The position numbers and the translations under genes are program-made. From assembly GCA_039589315.1 (NCBI GenBank), contig JBDHHQ010000076.1, positions 1 through 26,488 of the forward strand: a stretch of 26,488 nucleotides of DNA. Reading direction: 5' to 3'. Origin of the DNA: Gemmatimonadota bacterium (GTDB lineage: Bacteria; Gemmatimonadota; Gemmatimonadetes; Longimicrobiales; Gaopeijiaceae). The notes below the pieces were generated by a model that did no database searches, was not told the origin of the DNA, and was given only the letters and a program-made list of their open reading frames with translations. Shown in pieces: positions 8,964 through 17,426 of this stretch; position 1 is the stretch's first letter, and each line of letters opens with the position of its first letter.

Positions 8964-9128
8964 GATACGCACCTCCCTTCACGCCCGCTCGATGCGCACA
9001 CGACTCTCTGCGTTCGTCCGACCGGCCGCCGAGGACACGGGCGGCGGGGCGCACCGGGGGGATCTCAACGTTCGGGGCGCCCGGACGCGCCCGCAAGTGT
9101 CGCAGCGGCCCAACACCTTGCGCCCCAC

Positions 9129-9269
9129 CGAGATATCCCACCGCTCACCCGCATGGACACCCCGGCGCCGAGCGATCCAGTCCAGCGGGGAGGGCTTCCA
9201 GGTGGTGCGATCGGCGTCCGACCTGTAGGATACTCGGCCTTGCGACCACCAGTAGAGCGAGATATCCCA
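9129..9269 (+). repeat. 12-bp direct repeat CGAGATATCCCA (9129-9140 and 9258-9269) in the divergent intergenic region
   Basis: Two identical copies with palindromic core GATATC; the second overlaps the A of the DUF305 start codon. Confidence 0.6.
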
Positions 9270-10012
9270 TGAGGTTGTCCGTCCTCCTTATGGCCGCCGT
9301 CGCCGCCGGGTGCGGGACGGCCGCTCCCGAACCCGAGTCGGGGACGGCCCCGTCCAACTCCGGTGAGGCGGGGGCATCCACGGCCTCGCCACCGGAAGCC
9401 ACGATCGCCCAGAGCGCGGGCCCCCGGTACGTGCAGGCCGGCGCTCCCGGCGAGGACAGCCGTGAGCTCACGGCCAACGAGGTGGCGAGCCTGGGCGTGC
9501 CCGGACACTCGGACGCCGACGTCCGGTTCATGCAGGGTATGATCCCGCACCACGCGCAGGCGATCGAAATGGTGGCTCTCATGCCTGGGCGCACCAGGGA
9601 TGAGCGCCTCCTGCGCCTGGGCGGCCGCATCGAGATCTCGCAGCGAGACGAGATCGCCCTCATGGAACGCTGGCTCCGGGACCGCGGCGAATCCGTGCCC
9701 GGCGCAGGCGAGACGACGGGGCACGACGTGGCGACCGGGGGCCACGGCGGAATGCACGGCGGTCTCATGCCCGGGATGCTCACGCCGGAGCAAATGGATC
9801 AGTTGGCCGCGGCCGAGGGCGTCGCGTTCGACCGCCTCTTCCTGGAGCTCATGATCGTCCACCACCAGGGAGCGCTGGTCATGGTCCGGGAGTTGTTCTC
9901 GACACCCGGCGGGGGCCAGGAGTCGTGGGCGTTCCAGTTCGCCTCCGACGTGGATTCGGATCAGGAAATGGAGATCCGCCGCATGGGGCAGATGCTGGAC
10001 GAGTTGCGCTGA
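9269..10012 (+). CDS. DUF305 domain lipoprotein (ferritin-like, CopM-like)
   Basis: Signal ending AAGC; ADVRFMQGMIPHHAQAIEM, IEISQRDEIALMERWL, MPGMLTPEQM, FDRLFLELMIVHHQGALVM, DQEMEIRRM. Confidence 0.93.
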   Translation: MRLSVLLMAAVAAGCGTAAPEPESGTAPSNSGEAGASTASPPEATIAQSAGPRYVQAGAPGEDSRELTANEVASLGVPGHSDADVRFMQGMIPHHAQAIEMVALMPGRTRDERLLRLGGRIEISQRDEIALMERWLRDRGESVPGAGETTGHDVATGGHGGMHGGLMPGMLTPEQMDQLAAAEGVAFDRLFLELMIVHHQGALVMVRELFSTPGGGQESWAFQFASDVDSDQEMEIRRMGQMLDELR

Positions 10013-10060
10013 AGGACGGTGGTGCTGGTCGGCCAGACGTGCGGCCACCGAGACGACGAA

Positions 10061-10088
10061 CACACCGTGAGCTCGAGCTCACGATGTG
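10061..10088. repeat. 28-bp near-perfect palindrome between the DUF305 and LVIVD genes
   Basis: CACA-c-CGTGAGCTCGAGCTCACG-a-TGTG; the central 18 bp (10066-10083) are a perfect palindrome. Confidence 0.85.
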
Positions 10089-10116
10089 CGCACGGACACG
10101 AACCCGGGAATGCGAG

Positions 10117-12045
10117 ATGAGCAGGAGCAGGAAGAACAGCACGACACCGCTCGAGACCGGAACCCCGCTTCCCGGGGTGACCTTGCACCCGCTTGCCACA
10201 GCCCTCGTGACGCTCCTGATCAGCGTCGGGTCTGGCGCCTCCGCCTCGGCTCAGGAGCTGCCCGAGCAGCCACCTCGCGCCGACGAGCTCCCCGAGCAGC
10301 CGGCCGAGACCGTGTCCGAGCCGCCTCCGCGGCCCGCCTTCGATTTCAACGTGCTCGATCCCCGGATCGGGCTGAAGGCCGGCTGGATGGATGCCGAGTC
10401 GGCCATCTGGAACCTCGAGCACATCGCGAGCCTCCCCCGCGCCGAGGGCTTCTTCAATCCCGACACGCCCGGTGACCGAGCCTTCTCGAACACCGACCTG
10501 GCGTTCCAGGGTGACCTCTTCTTCCAGGGCAACTACAACGGTTTCCAGATCTACGACATCTCCGATCCCACCGATCCCAGGCTGGGGGTCGCGGTGGTCT
10601 GCCCAGGCGGTCAGGGCGACGTGTCGGTCTACGGCAACCTGCTGTTCATGTCGGCTCAGGAGACCCGGGGCCGCCTCGACTGTGGGACCCAGGGGGTGCA
10701 GGACACGGTGAGCGTCGAGCGTTTCCGGGGCGTGCGGATCTTCGACATCTCGGACCTGGACCACGTTCGCCAGGTGGCGGCCGTCCAGTCGTGCAGGGGA
10801 TCCCACACGCATACGCTGGTGAAGGACCCGGACGACGACGACAACCTCTACGTCTATATCCAGGGCACGTCCGACGTGCGGCCCGGCGAGGAGCTCGAAG
10901 GGTGTTCCGGCCTGTCCCCCGGCGAGGACCCGAATACGGCCCTCTTCCGCATCGAGGTCATCCAAGTGCCCCTGGCCGCTCCGGAAGAGGCCAGGATCGT
11001 CAGCATGCCACGACTCTTCGCCGACCCCGTGACGGGCAACATCGCCGGGCTGTGGGAGGGGGGCGACCACGGTCCCGGCACGCAGGAGACCCGCGAGACC
11101 AATCGGTGCCACGACATCACCGTGTACCCCGAGCTCGGCCTGGCCGGTGGGGCCTGCTCCGGAAACGGCATCCTGTTGGACATCTCCGACCCGGTGAACC
11201 CGGTGCGGATCGACGAGGTGATCGACCCCAACTTCGCCTACTGGCATTCGGCCACGTTCAACAACGACGGCACCAAAATCCTCTTCACGGACGAGTGGGG
11301 CGGTGGCGGCGCGGCCCGGTGCCGGGCCAGTGATCCGGCGGATTGGGGCGCCAACGCCATATTCGAGATCGAAGACGGGATGATGGAGCTGGCTGGCTAC
11401 TACAAGCTGCCCGTGCCCCAGACCGAGATGGAGAACTGTGTGGCCCACAACGGCTCGCTGATTCCCGTGCCGGGCCGCGATATCTTCGTCCAGGCTTGGT
11501 ACCAGGGCGGGCTGTCCATGCTGGACTTCACGGACGCGAGCAACCCCATCGAAATCGCTTTCTTCGACCGGGGCCCCCTGAGCGACACGGTGATGCACAC
11601 CGGGGGCTATTGGTCCACCTACTGGAACAATGGGCATATCTACGGCGCCGAGATCTCCCGGGGCATCGACGTCTTCAGGCTCACGCCGAGCGACTTCATG
11701 TCCCAGAACGAGATCGACGCGGCGGCCCTGGTCCAGGTGAAGGAGTTCAACGCGCAGATGCAGCCCAGGTTCGTGTGGCCTGCCAGCGTGGTGGTGGCCC
11801 GGGCGTACATGGATCAGCTCGAGCGTGGCCAGGGCGTCCAACCGAGGCTGGCCGAGCGCGTCACCGACGCCCTGGATCGGGCGGACACGACGGAAGGCGC
11901 GGCAGTCGCGGCCGAGCTGGAGGAGGCAGCCTCCGCGCTGGAGGAGAATGCCGAGATGGTGGACGCCGGCGATCAGCTGGGCGACGCCCGACGCCAGCGG
12001 TTGCTCGCCACTACGATGCGGGACCTGGCAGCGACCATGCACTGA
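10117..12045 (+). CDS. Secreted LVIVD-repeat beta-propeller protein
   Basis: NTDLAFQG, GNYNGFQIYDISDP, CPGGQGDVSVYGNLLFMS, GVRIFDISD, CRGSHTHT, CHDITV, LLDISDP, YWHSATFN, ENCVAHNGS, AWYQGG, GGYWSTYW. Signal peptide ending ASA-Q. Start uncertain (ATG 10117 chosen). Confidence 0.88.
   Translation: MSRSRKNSTTPLETGTPLPGVTLHPLATALVTLLISVGSGASASAQELPEQPPRADELPEQPAETVSEPPPRPAFDFNVLDPRIGLKAGWMDAESAIWNLEHIASLPRAEGFFNPDTPGDRAFSNTDLAFQGDLFFQGNYNGFQIYDISDPTDPRLGVAVVCPGGQGDVSVYGNLLFMSAQETRGRLDCGTQGVQDTVSVERFRGVRIFDISDLDHVRQVAAVQSCRGSHTHTLVKDPDDDDNLYVYIQGTSDVRPGEELEGCSGLSPGEDPNTALFRIEVIQVPLAAPEEARIVSMPRLFADPVTGNIAGLWEGGDHGPGTQETRETNRCHDITVYPELGLAGGACSGNGILLDISDPVNPVRIDEVIDPNFAYWHSATFNNDGTKILFTDEWGGGGAARCRASDPADWGANAIFEIEDGMMELAGYYKLPVPQTEMENCVAHNGSLIPVPGRDIFVQAWYQGGLSMLDFTDASNPIEIAFFDRGPLSDTVMHTGGYWSTYWNNGHIYGAEISRGIDVFRLTPSDFMSQNEIDAAALVQVKEFNAQMQPRFVWPASVVVARAYMDQLERGQGVQPRLAERVTDALDRADTTEGAAVAAELEEAASALEENAEMVDAGDQLGDARRQRLLATTMRDLAATMH
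10255..10301 (+). repeat. Short intragenic duplication encoding ELPEQP twice
   Basis: GAGCTGCCCGAGCAGCC (10255-10271) and GAGCTCCCCGAGCAGCC (10285-10301), period 30 nt. Confidence 0.7.
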
Positions 12046-12122
12046 GGGCGGAGAGGTCCGCGGCGAGGCGATCTCTACTCGCTTGGCCGCGGACGCTCGC
12101 CCAGACTCTCCGGAGCGTCGAA

Positions 12123-12611
12123 ATGCACCTGCCTTCTTCCTCAGGTCCGGTCCTGCTCGCCTCGTGTGTCCTCCTGGCGTCCTGCGCGCCGAGCCCGGAG
12201 GAGCGAGGCCCCGTCGACGCGGTCCTCGCGTTCAACGAGGCCATCACGGATCAGGACGTCGATGCGGCGCTCGCGGCCGTAGCGACCGGTGGCGTCCAAC
12301 TCAATCTCCACTCCTCCCACGCGGACATGGGTGAAGAGACAGCCCTGACCCAGGACCTCGACGCGTTGTGGCGCACCGTGGGAACGGTGCTCTTCAACAC
12401 GTTGGCTGCCTATGATCGCATTGTCGAGCCCGTCGACGTCGAGGTTGACGGCGACATCGCGACCGTCTGGACGGAGACGCGCACCGTCGCCAGCAGTGGG
12501 GACGGCGACCCCACGGTGCTGGACTTCACCGAGGTCTACCTGCTCCTCCGACTCGACGACGCATGGAAGATCGCCGCCGTGGCCAACAACCGCCCGGTCA
12601 CGGCACCTTGA
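12123..12611 (+). CDS. NTF2/SnoaL-like fold lipoprotein (162 aa)
   Basis: Real gene is the last third of track ORF 11343..12611; ATG 12123 with GGAG upstream; LLASC lipobox; AFNEAITDQDVDAA, VEVDGDIATVW, EVYLLLRLDDAWKIAAV are typical of NTF2-like proteins. Confidence 0.8.
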   Translation: MHLPSSSGPVLLASCVLLASCAPSPEERGPVDAVLAFNEAITDQDVDAALAAVATGGVQLNLHSSHADMGEETALTQDLDALWRTVGTVLFNTLAAYDRIVEPVDVEVDGDIATVWTETRTVASSGDGDPTVLDFTEVYLLLRLDDAWKIAAVANNRPVTAP

Positions 12612-12627
12612 GGGCCGCGGGGCTGCC

Positions 12628-12652
12628 CCGCTCCGTGCTATTCCCGGAGCGG
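12628..12652. terminator. Hairpin downstream of the NTF2-like gene
   Basis: CCGCTCCG-N9-CGGAGCGG perfect 8-bp stem 16 nt after the stop; no U-tail. Confidence 0.3.
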
Positions 12653-12701
12653 CGGCGACCGCATCGCCTCAGGGATCTCGAGACGTACCGGTGAAGGTGC
12701 C

Positions 12702-14783
12702 ATGATCTCGATCGGATGGGTTGCATTGAGAAGAATCCCTTCCGTGGGGCGCCTGGTGGCGGCCCAGTTGGCGCTCGTCCTCGCGCCACCCCTGCTGCCC
12801 GGCCCGGCCTCCGCCCAGACGGGCTCTGCGGGTTCGGGCGATCCTGGCCTCCCTGCGGGCGGCCCGACCTTCCGCGACATCCTGAGCCTCCACTCGGTCG
12901 CCGGCCCCCGCATCAGCCCGGACGGCCGTTGGGTCGCCTTCGTCCGGCGGGTCCCGGACTGGCAGGAAAACAGGTCCGTGCAAGAGCTCTGGATCGCGGA
13001 CGGCGACGGCGCCCCCGTGCGCATCGCCACCGAGGCGGATGGCTTCCGCGGTGGCGCACAGTGGACGCCGGACAGCCAGTGGCTGGCCTTCCGCGCCACC
13101 GGTGAGGCACCGGCGCTGAAGCTCCTCAGCCCTGACGGGCGACGCACGCGGACCCTCCGGCTGGAAGTCGAAGGCGCGGGCACCGTCCGCTTCTCGCCCG
13201 ACGGCGCCACGCTCGCCGTCCTCGCCCGTGAGCCCGCCTCGGACCGGGGTCGCCACGAGCAGGAGCTCTACGGCCCGTTCGAGTTCCGGGACGAGGGCCA
13301 CCGGGACTCCCACCTCTGGCTGCTGGCCATGGACGGCGACGGTGAGCCCCGCCGGCTCACCCACGGTGACTTCACCGTGACCGAGATGGCCTGGTCGCCG
13401 GACGGGTCCCGGATCGCCTTCGTCCACCAGCTCGACGGGGGGCGCAACTCGTGGTGGACGGCCGACGTCTCGGTGGTGGACGTGGCCAGCGGCCGGGTGC
13501 GTACGCTGGTCGACCAGCCCGGTCCAGATCGGGGGCCCGTTTGGTCGCCGGATGGCCGCACCGTGGCGTTTCTCTCCACGCTGTCGGACAGCATCACCAA
13601 CCTGCCCATGGAGCTGGTGGCGGTGCCGGCCGGGGGCGGGGAGGTCCGGGTGTTGACCCGGGACCTGGCCACGCAGCCCAACCCGTTCGCGTGGACTCGC
13701 GACGGGATCTGGCTCACCGCCCTCCAGGGCGTGGAGAGCCACCTCTTTCGGCTCGATCCGGCCAACGCTTCGCTCACTCGGATGACCGACGCGCCCCATC
13801 TGGTCGGGCCGGCGAGCATCTCGGCCGACGGGTCGGCGCTGGCCTTCCTGGCCTCCACACCGGACCGTCTGGGCGAGATCCACCGGGCTGAAGCGCCGGG
13901 GTTCACACCACGCGCCGTGACCGACGTGACCGAGCAGGTGGCCGGTTGGGCGGTGGGCACCCGCGAGGTGGTGTCGTGGACCGGTCCCGGCGGGATCACC
14001 GTCGAGGGCATCCTCCACAAGCCCACCGACTACGACCCCGGCCAGCGCTACCCGCTATTGGTGGTCGTCCACGGCGGGCCGCGGGCCGTGTCGACCCCGG
14101 CGCTGCGGCTGACGTCATCCGGCGTCTACCCTATCACGCACTTTCTGCGCAAGGGCGCGTTGGTGCTGGAGCCGAACTACCGGGGCTCGACCGGCTACGG
14201 CGGTGAGTTTCGGCAGCTTCACCACCGGGCACTGGGGTGGGGTGATGCGGGCGACGTCGAGGCCGGCGTGGCGCACCTGGTGGCCGAAGGGCTCGTGCTC
14301 CCTGACCGCGTGGGCCTCATGGGGTGGAGCTACGGTGGGTTCATCTCGGCGTACCTGACCGCCACGAGCAAGGCGTTCCAGGCCGTGTCGGTGGGCGCCG
14401 GCATCTCGGATTGGCGCACGCACTACGCCTGGGAGCCCACGAGCTACACGACGCGGTTCTACTCCTTCGACGCGGCACCGTGGGAGGATCCGAACGCCTA
14501 CGCCGTGGCCTCGCCCATCACCTACATCAACAACGCGTCCACACCGACTCTGATCCAGCACGTGGACGGCGATCCGGTCGTGACGGTGCTGAACGCCTAC
14601 GAGCTGCAGCACGCGCTCCAGGACCTGGGCGTCGAGAACCGGTTCGTCATCTACCCCGGCTCGAGCCACGGCGTGGGGCCGCTCAAGCAGCGGCTCGGCG
14701 GCCTGTGGCACAACTGGCAATGGTTCCTGGAGCACATCTGGGACGAGCAGGTGGAGTTGCCGCTCGAGCCACCTGGTCCGTGA
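12702..14783 (+). CDS. S9 family serine peptidase (acylaminoacyl/dipeptidyl-peptidase-like) with PD40 propeller
   Basis: Repeated WSPDG/ISPDG; YPLLVVVHGGP, PNYRGSTGYG, nucleophile GWSYGG, Asp in DGDPVV, His in YPGSSHG; signal peptide ending ASA-Q. Start may lie a little downstream. Confidence 0.93.
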   Translation: MISIGWVALRRIPSVGRLVAAQLALVLAPPLLPGPASAQTGSAGSGDPGLPAGGPTFRDILSLHSVAGPRISPDGRWVAFVRRVPDWQENRSVQELWIADGDGAPVRIATEADGFRGGAQWTPDSQWLAFRATGEAPALKLLSPDGRRTRTLRLEVEGAGTVRFSPDGATLAVLAREPASDRGRHEQELYGPFEFRDEGHRDSHLWLLAMDGDGEPRRLTHGDFTVTEMAWSPDGSRIAFVHQLDGGRNSWWTADVSVVDVASGRVRTLVDQPGPDRGPVWSPDGRTVAFLSTLSDSITNLPMELVAVPAGGGEVRVLTRDLATQPNPFAWTRDGIWLTALQGVESHLFRLDPANASLTRMTDAPHLVGPASISADGSALAFLASTPDRLGEIHRAEAPGFTPRAVTDVTEQVAGWAVGTREVVSWTGPGGITVEGILHKPTDYDPGQRYPLLVVVHGGPRAVSTPALRLTSSGVYPITHFLRKGALVLEPNYRGSTGYGGEFRQLHHRALGWGDAGDVEAGVAHLVAEGLVLPDRVGLMGWSYGGFISAYLTATSKAFQAVSVGAGISDWRTHYAWEPTSYTTRFYSFDAAPWEDPNAYAVASPITYINNASTPTLIQHVDGDPVVTVLNAYELQHALQDLGVENRFVIYPGSSHGVGPLKQRLGGLWHNWQWFLEHIWDEQVELPLEPPGP

Positions 14784-15799
14784 ACGTCTATACGCGGAGG
14801 CGAATCGAGGCCACGCTCAAGGTGGCCCTGGCTTGCGTCCCGGTCTCCTTCGTCATCCGCTACATCGAGATCCGCGGCGTGAACCCCGGCTCCTTCGTTA
14901 TCGGGTTCACCATGGGCCTGGTCATCGGCGTATTCGAGTTCTTCATCTTCCGAGATCGCCTCAGGAACCTTCCCTTCGTTCCCCATCTCCTGGTCAAGGC
15001 CGCCGTTCTGGCGGTCATGCTCTACGCCGGCGCCGCAGGTCTCCTGTGGCTGGATGTCGTCCTCGGCGACAAGACGGTGCCGGAGTACCTGGGGGACCTG
15101 GTCTCCCAGGACATGCTGGTGTTTCTGGTCCTCTCCTTCGCGCTGGCAGTGATGATCCTCTTCGTCATCCAGCTCAACCGCTTGCTCGGGCCGGGCAATC
15201 TGGGTCGCTTTGTGAGCGGGCGATATCATCGCCCCCGCAAAGAGCCCCGGATCTTCATGTTCATCGATCTCAAGGACTCGACGCGTATCGCCGAGCAGAT
15301 GGAGGCCGACCGGTACTACGCCTTCCTCAACCGGTTCTTCTCCGACATGTCCGAGCCCATCCTCGAGACCGACGCGGAGATCTACCAGTACGTCGGGGAC
15401 GAGATCGTCTTGACCTGGCCGCTCGAGGATGGCCGGAGGAACGCGAACGCCATCAGGGTCTTCTTCGAGATCCAGAAGCACCTGGAGGGGCACCGGGAGG
15501 CGTATGAGCGAGAGTACGGCCTCATGCCCGAGTTCAAGGCAGGCGCACACTGGGGAGACGTGATCAGCGCACAGATCGGCGATCTGAAGCGTGAGATCGT
15601 CTACAACGGAGACGTGCTCAACACCACCGCCCGCATCCAGTCCGTCTGCAACCAGCTCGGACGGCAACTACTGGCATCGGCCGAGCTCGTGGACGCCCTG
15701 GACCTGGAGTCCCGCTACGACGTGGAGATGCTCGGCGAAGTGGAGCTGAAGGGCAAGGAGCGTGGCGTGGCCCTGTGCGCGATCGCAGCCCCCAGGTAG
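14780..15799 (+). CDS. Membrane-bound class III adenylate/guanylate cyclase (about 4 TM + catalytic domain)
   Basis: GTG 14780 overlaps the peptidase TGA (GTGA); TM segments, then IFMFIDLKDST, YQYVGDEIV, FKAGAHWG, NGDVLNTTARIQ, LKGK; 339 aa. Confidence 0.9.
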   Translation: MNVYTRRRIEATLKVALACVPVSFVIRYIEIRGVNPGSFVIGFTMGLVIGVFEFFIFRDRLRNLPFVPHLLVKAAVLAVMLYAGAAGLLWLDVVLGDKTVPEYLGDLVSQDMLVFLVLSFALAVMILFVIQLNRLLGPGNLGRFVSGRYHRPRKEPRIFMFIDLKDSTRIAEQMEADRYYAFLNRFFSDMSEPILETDAEIYQYVGDEIVLTWPLEDGRRNANAIRVFFEIQKHLEGHREAYEREYGLMPEFKAGAHWGDVISAQIGDLKREIVYNGDVLNTTARIQSVCNQLGRQLLASAELVDALDLESRYDVEMLGEVELKGKERGVALCAIAAPR

Positions 15800-15863
15800 C
15801 CACCGCTCACCGGATCGACCCCGAGCGCCGCACCCGTCTGCGGGGCTGGAGACGGGAGGTGGT

Positions 15864-15900
15864 CGGGGACGTCCGGGAGCCTGGGTCCGCGACGTCCTCG
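15864..15900. terminator. Hairpin between convergent cyclase and M20 genes
   Basis: CGGGGACGTC (15864-15873) pairs with GACGTCCTCG (15891-15900) with one G-U on the + strand; may act bidirectionally. Confidence 0.4.
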
Positions 15901-15919
15901 GGGCCATGGACTCCCTCCA

Positions 15920-17197
15920 TCACATCATCGGCAAGCCGGCCATGCTCACCGCCACCAGCAGGACCGCCTGGGTCGCCGTCAGCGCACTCGGCACATCGGC
16001 CCATTCGGACAGCGTGTGCTGATCGCCGCCTCGCGAGCGCCCGATGGCCACTGCGGGAATCCCTCTACGCACGGCAGCGACGGCGTCGGTCGATCCCGTA
16101 TCTCGCGCCGGGGCGTCGATGCCCAGGTACGCGTAGATGTCGATCATCGTCTGTACGAGCGGGTGCGAGCGTCGCTCCGCCTCCGACAACATCTGACGCG
16201 CCGCTACGACCGCGGATGGACTGGACGGGGGGTCTCGGCTCCATTCGACGTCGTGTCGATCCGCGGCGAGGGCCACCCGGCGGTCCAGCTCCCGGTCCAG
16301 CTCGTCGATGAGCGATGGTGAAACCGACCTGAGGTCCACCGTGAACCAGGTCTCCTGCGGAATGGCGTTGGTGACCTTGCCGCCTCCGAGCATGCCCACG
16401 TTGTAGACGGCGAAAGGCCCGTCCTCGGGGATGGGGATCTCGTAGATGGACGCGATCGCCTCGGACAGGGCTCGGGCCGGGTGTGGCTTGCCCCGGGAAT
16501 AGAGCGTGTGGGAGCCCGCACCCGTGAAGATGTACCGGCGGCCGGCGAACCAGAGCGCACCGTACGACACGCCGCCGAGCCCCCCGTCCAGCGCCACCAC
16601 CACATCGGCTACGCCGTCATTGGCGTCGAGCCAGGCGTCCATCCCGTTGAAGCCGAGCTCCTCCTCCACCGTTCCGACGAAAACGAGGTCGCCCCGCGTG
16701 CGAACGTCGGCGTGCTTCAGCGCCCGGATCACCGCCATCATGTTGGCGAGCGAGGCGCTGTTGTCGAAGACCCCGGGAGCCCTGAGCGTGTCCCCGTCCC
16801 GGGTCACCGTCACGTCGGTGTCCATCGGGTGGACCGTATCCATGTGCGCGCCGAAGACGATGGTGGGCCCGCCACCCGTCCCCCGCCAATAGGCGACGAC
16901 GTTCCCGGCTTCGTCCACCTCCACCTCGATACCGGCCGCCTCGATCTGCTCGTTCAAGTAGACGGCGCGGGCTGCCTCCTGGCCTGACTTCGCCGGGATC
17001 TCGGTGAGACGAATCCACTCCTCGACCTGCGCCTCGAAGTTGGCTTCGATCCAATCGAGCCCATCCCGCACCGGACCGGCCTCGGCGAGCCGGCTCGAGA
17101 AGCTCGAAGGGTAGGGGTCCTGGGCGTGGGCCTCCGGGGCAGGGGCCATCAGGGCCGCCAACATGAGGCTCAGCGACGGGATTCGAAGGGCGGGCAT
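15920..17197 (-). CDS. Secreted M20/M25/M40 family metallopeptidase
   Basis: ATG 17197, signal ending AHA-Q; GAHMDTV, PGVFDNSAS, TVEEELG, ALDG, YNVGMLGGG..NAIP, STD, QHTLSEW. Confidence 0.9.
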   Translation of the reverse strand: MPALRIPSLSLMLAALMAPAPEAHAQDPYPSSFSSRLAEAGPVRDGLDWIEANFEAQVEEWIRLTEIPAKSGQEAARAVYLNEQIEAAGIEVEVDEAGNVVAYWRGTGGGPTIVFGAHMDTVHPMDTDVTVTRDGDTLRAPGVFDNSASLANMMAVIRALKHADVRTRGDLVFVGTVEEELGFNGMDAWLDANDGVADVVVALDGGLGGVSYGALWFAGRRYIFTGAGSHTLYSRGKPHPARALSEAIASIYEIPIPEDGPFAVYNVGMLGGGKVTNAIPQETWFTVDLRSVSPSLIDELDRELDRRVALAADRHDVEWSRDPPSSPSAVVAARQMLSEAERRSHPLVQTMIDIYAYLGIDAPARDTGSTDAVAAVRRGIPAVAIGRSRGGDQHTLSEWADVPSALTATQAVLLVAVSMAGLPMM

Positions 17198-17426
17198 CTT
17201 GGAGCGACCTTGTTTTCGGGGCGTCCGGACGATCAGGTCCTGTGGAGGGACTGGTCCCCAACCTGTCCGGGAGAGGGGACGGGGTGCAAGGCGAACTGTA
17301 CCGGGCTCGAGATCCGTGACCCGCCATTGCTGTCTCCGCCCAGGCACCACCGGTACATTGGCCGGACCCCTGGAGGCCAGCCAACTCGGACACTGCATGA
17401 GCTTCACATCTGCCCGACACGAGCGA

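Noticed and set aside
10010..10116. Stop-codon readthrough/selenocysteine fusion of DUF305 to LVIVD (TGA followed by a palindrome)
   Set aside because: The two genes are in different frames, the hairpin is about 50 nt from the TGA, and the LVIVD protein has its own signal peptide.
14780..15799. Pycsar/CBASS-type defence system
   Set aside because: The cyclase is TM-anchored and has no adjacent cyclic-nucleotide-binding, TIR or other effector gene.
17297..17357. TGTACCGG/CCGGTACA inverted repeat in the M20/M28 divergent spacer
   Set aside because: Only 8 bp with a 45-nt gap; plausible by chance.
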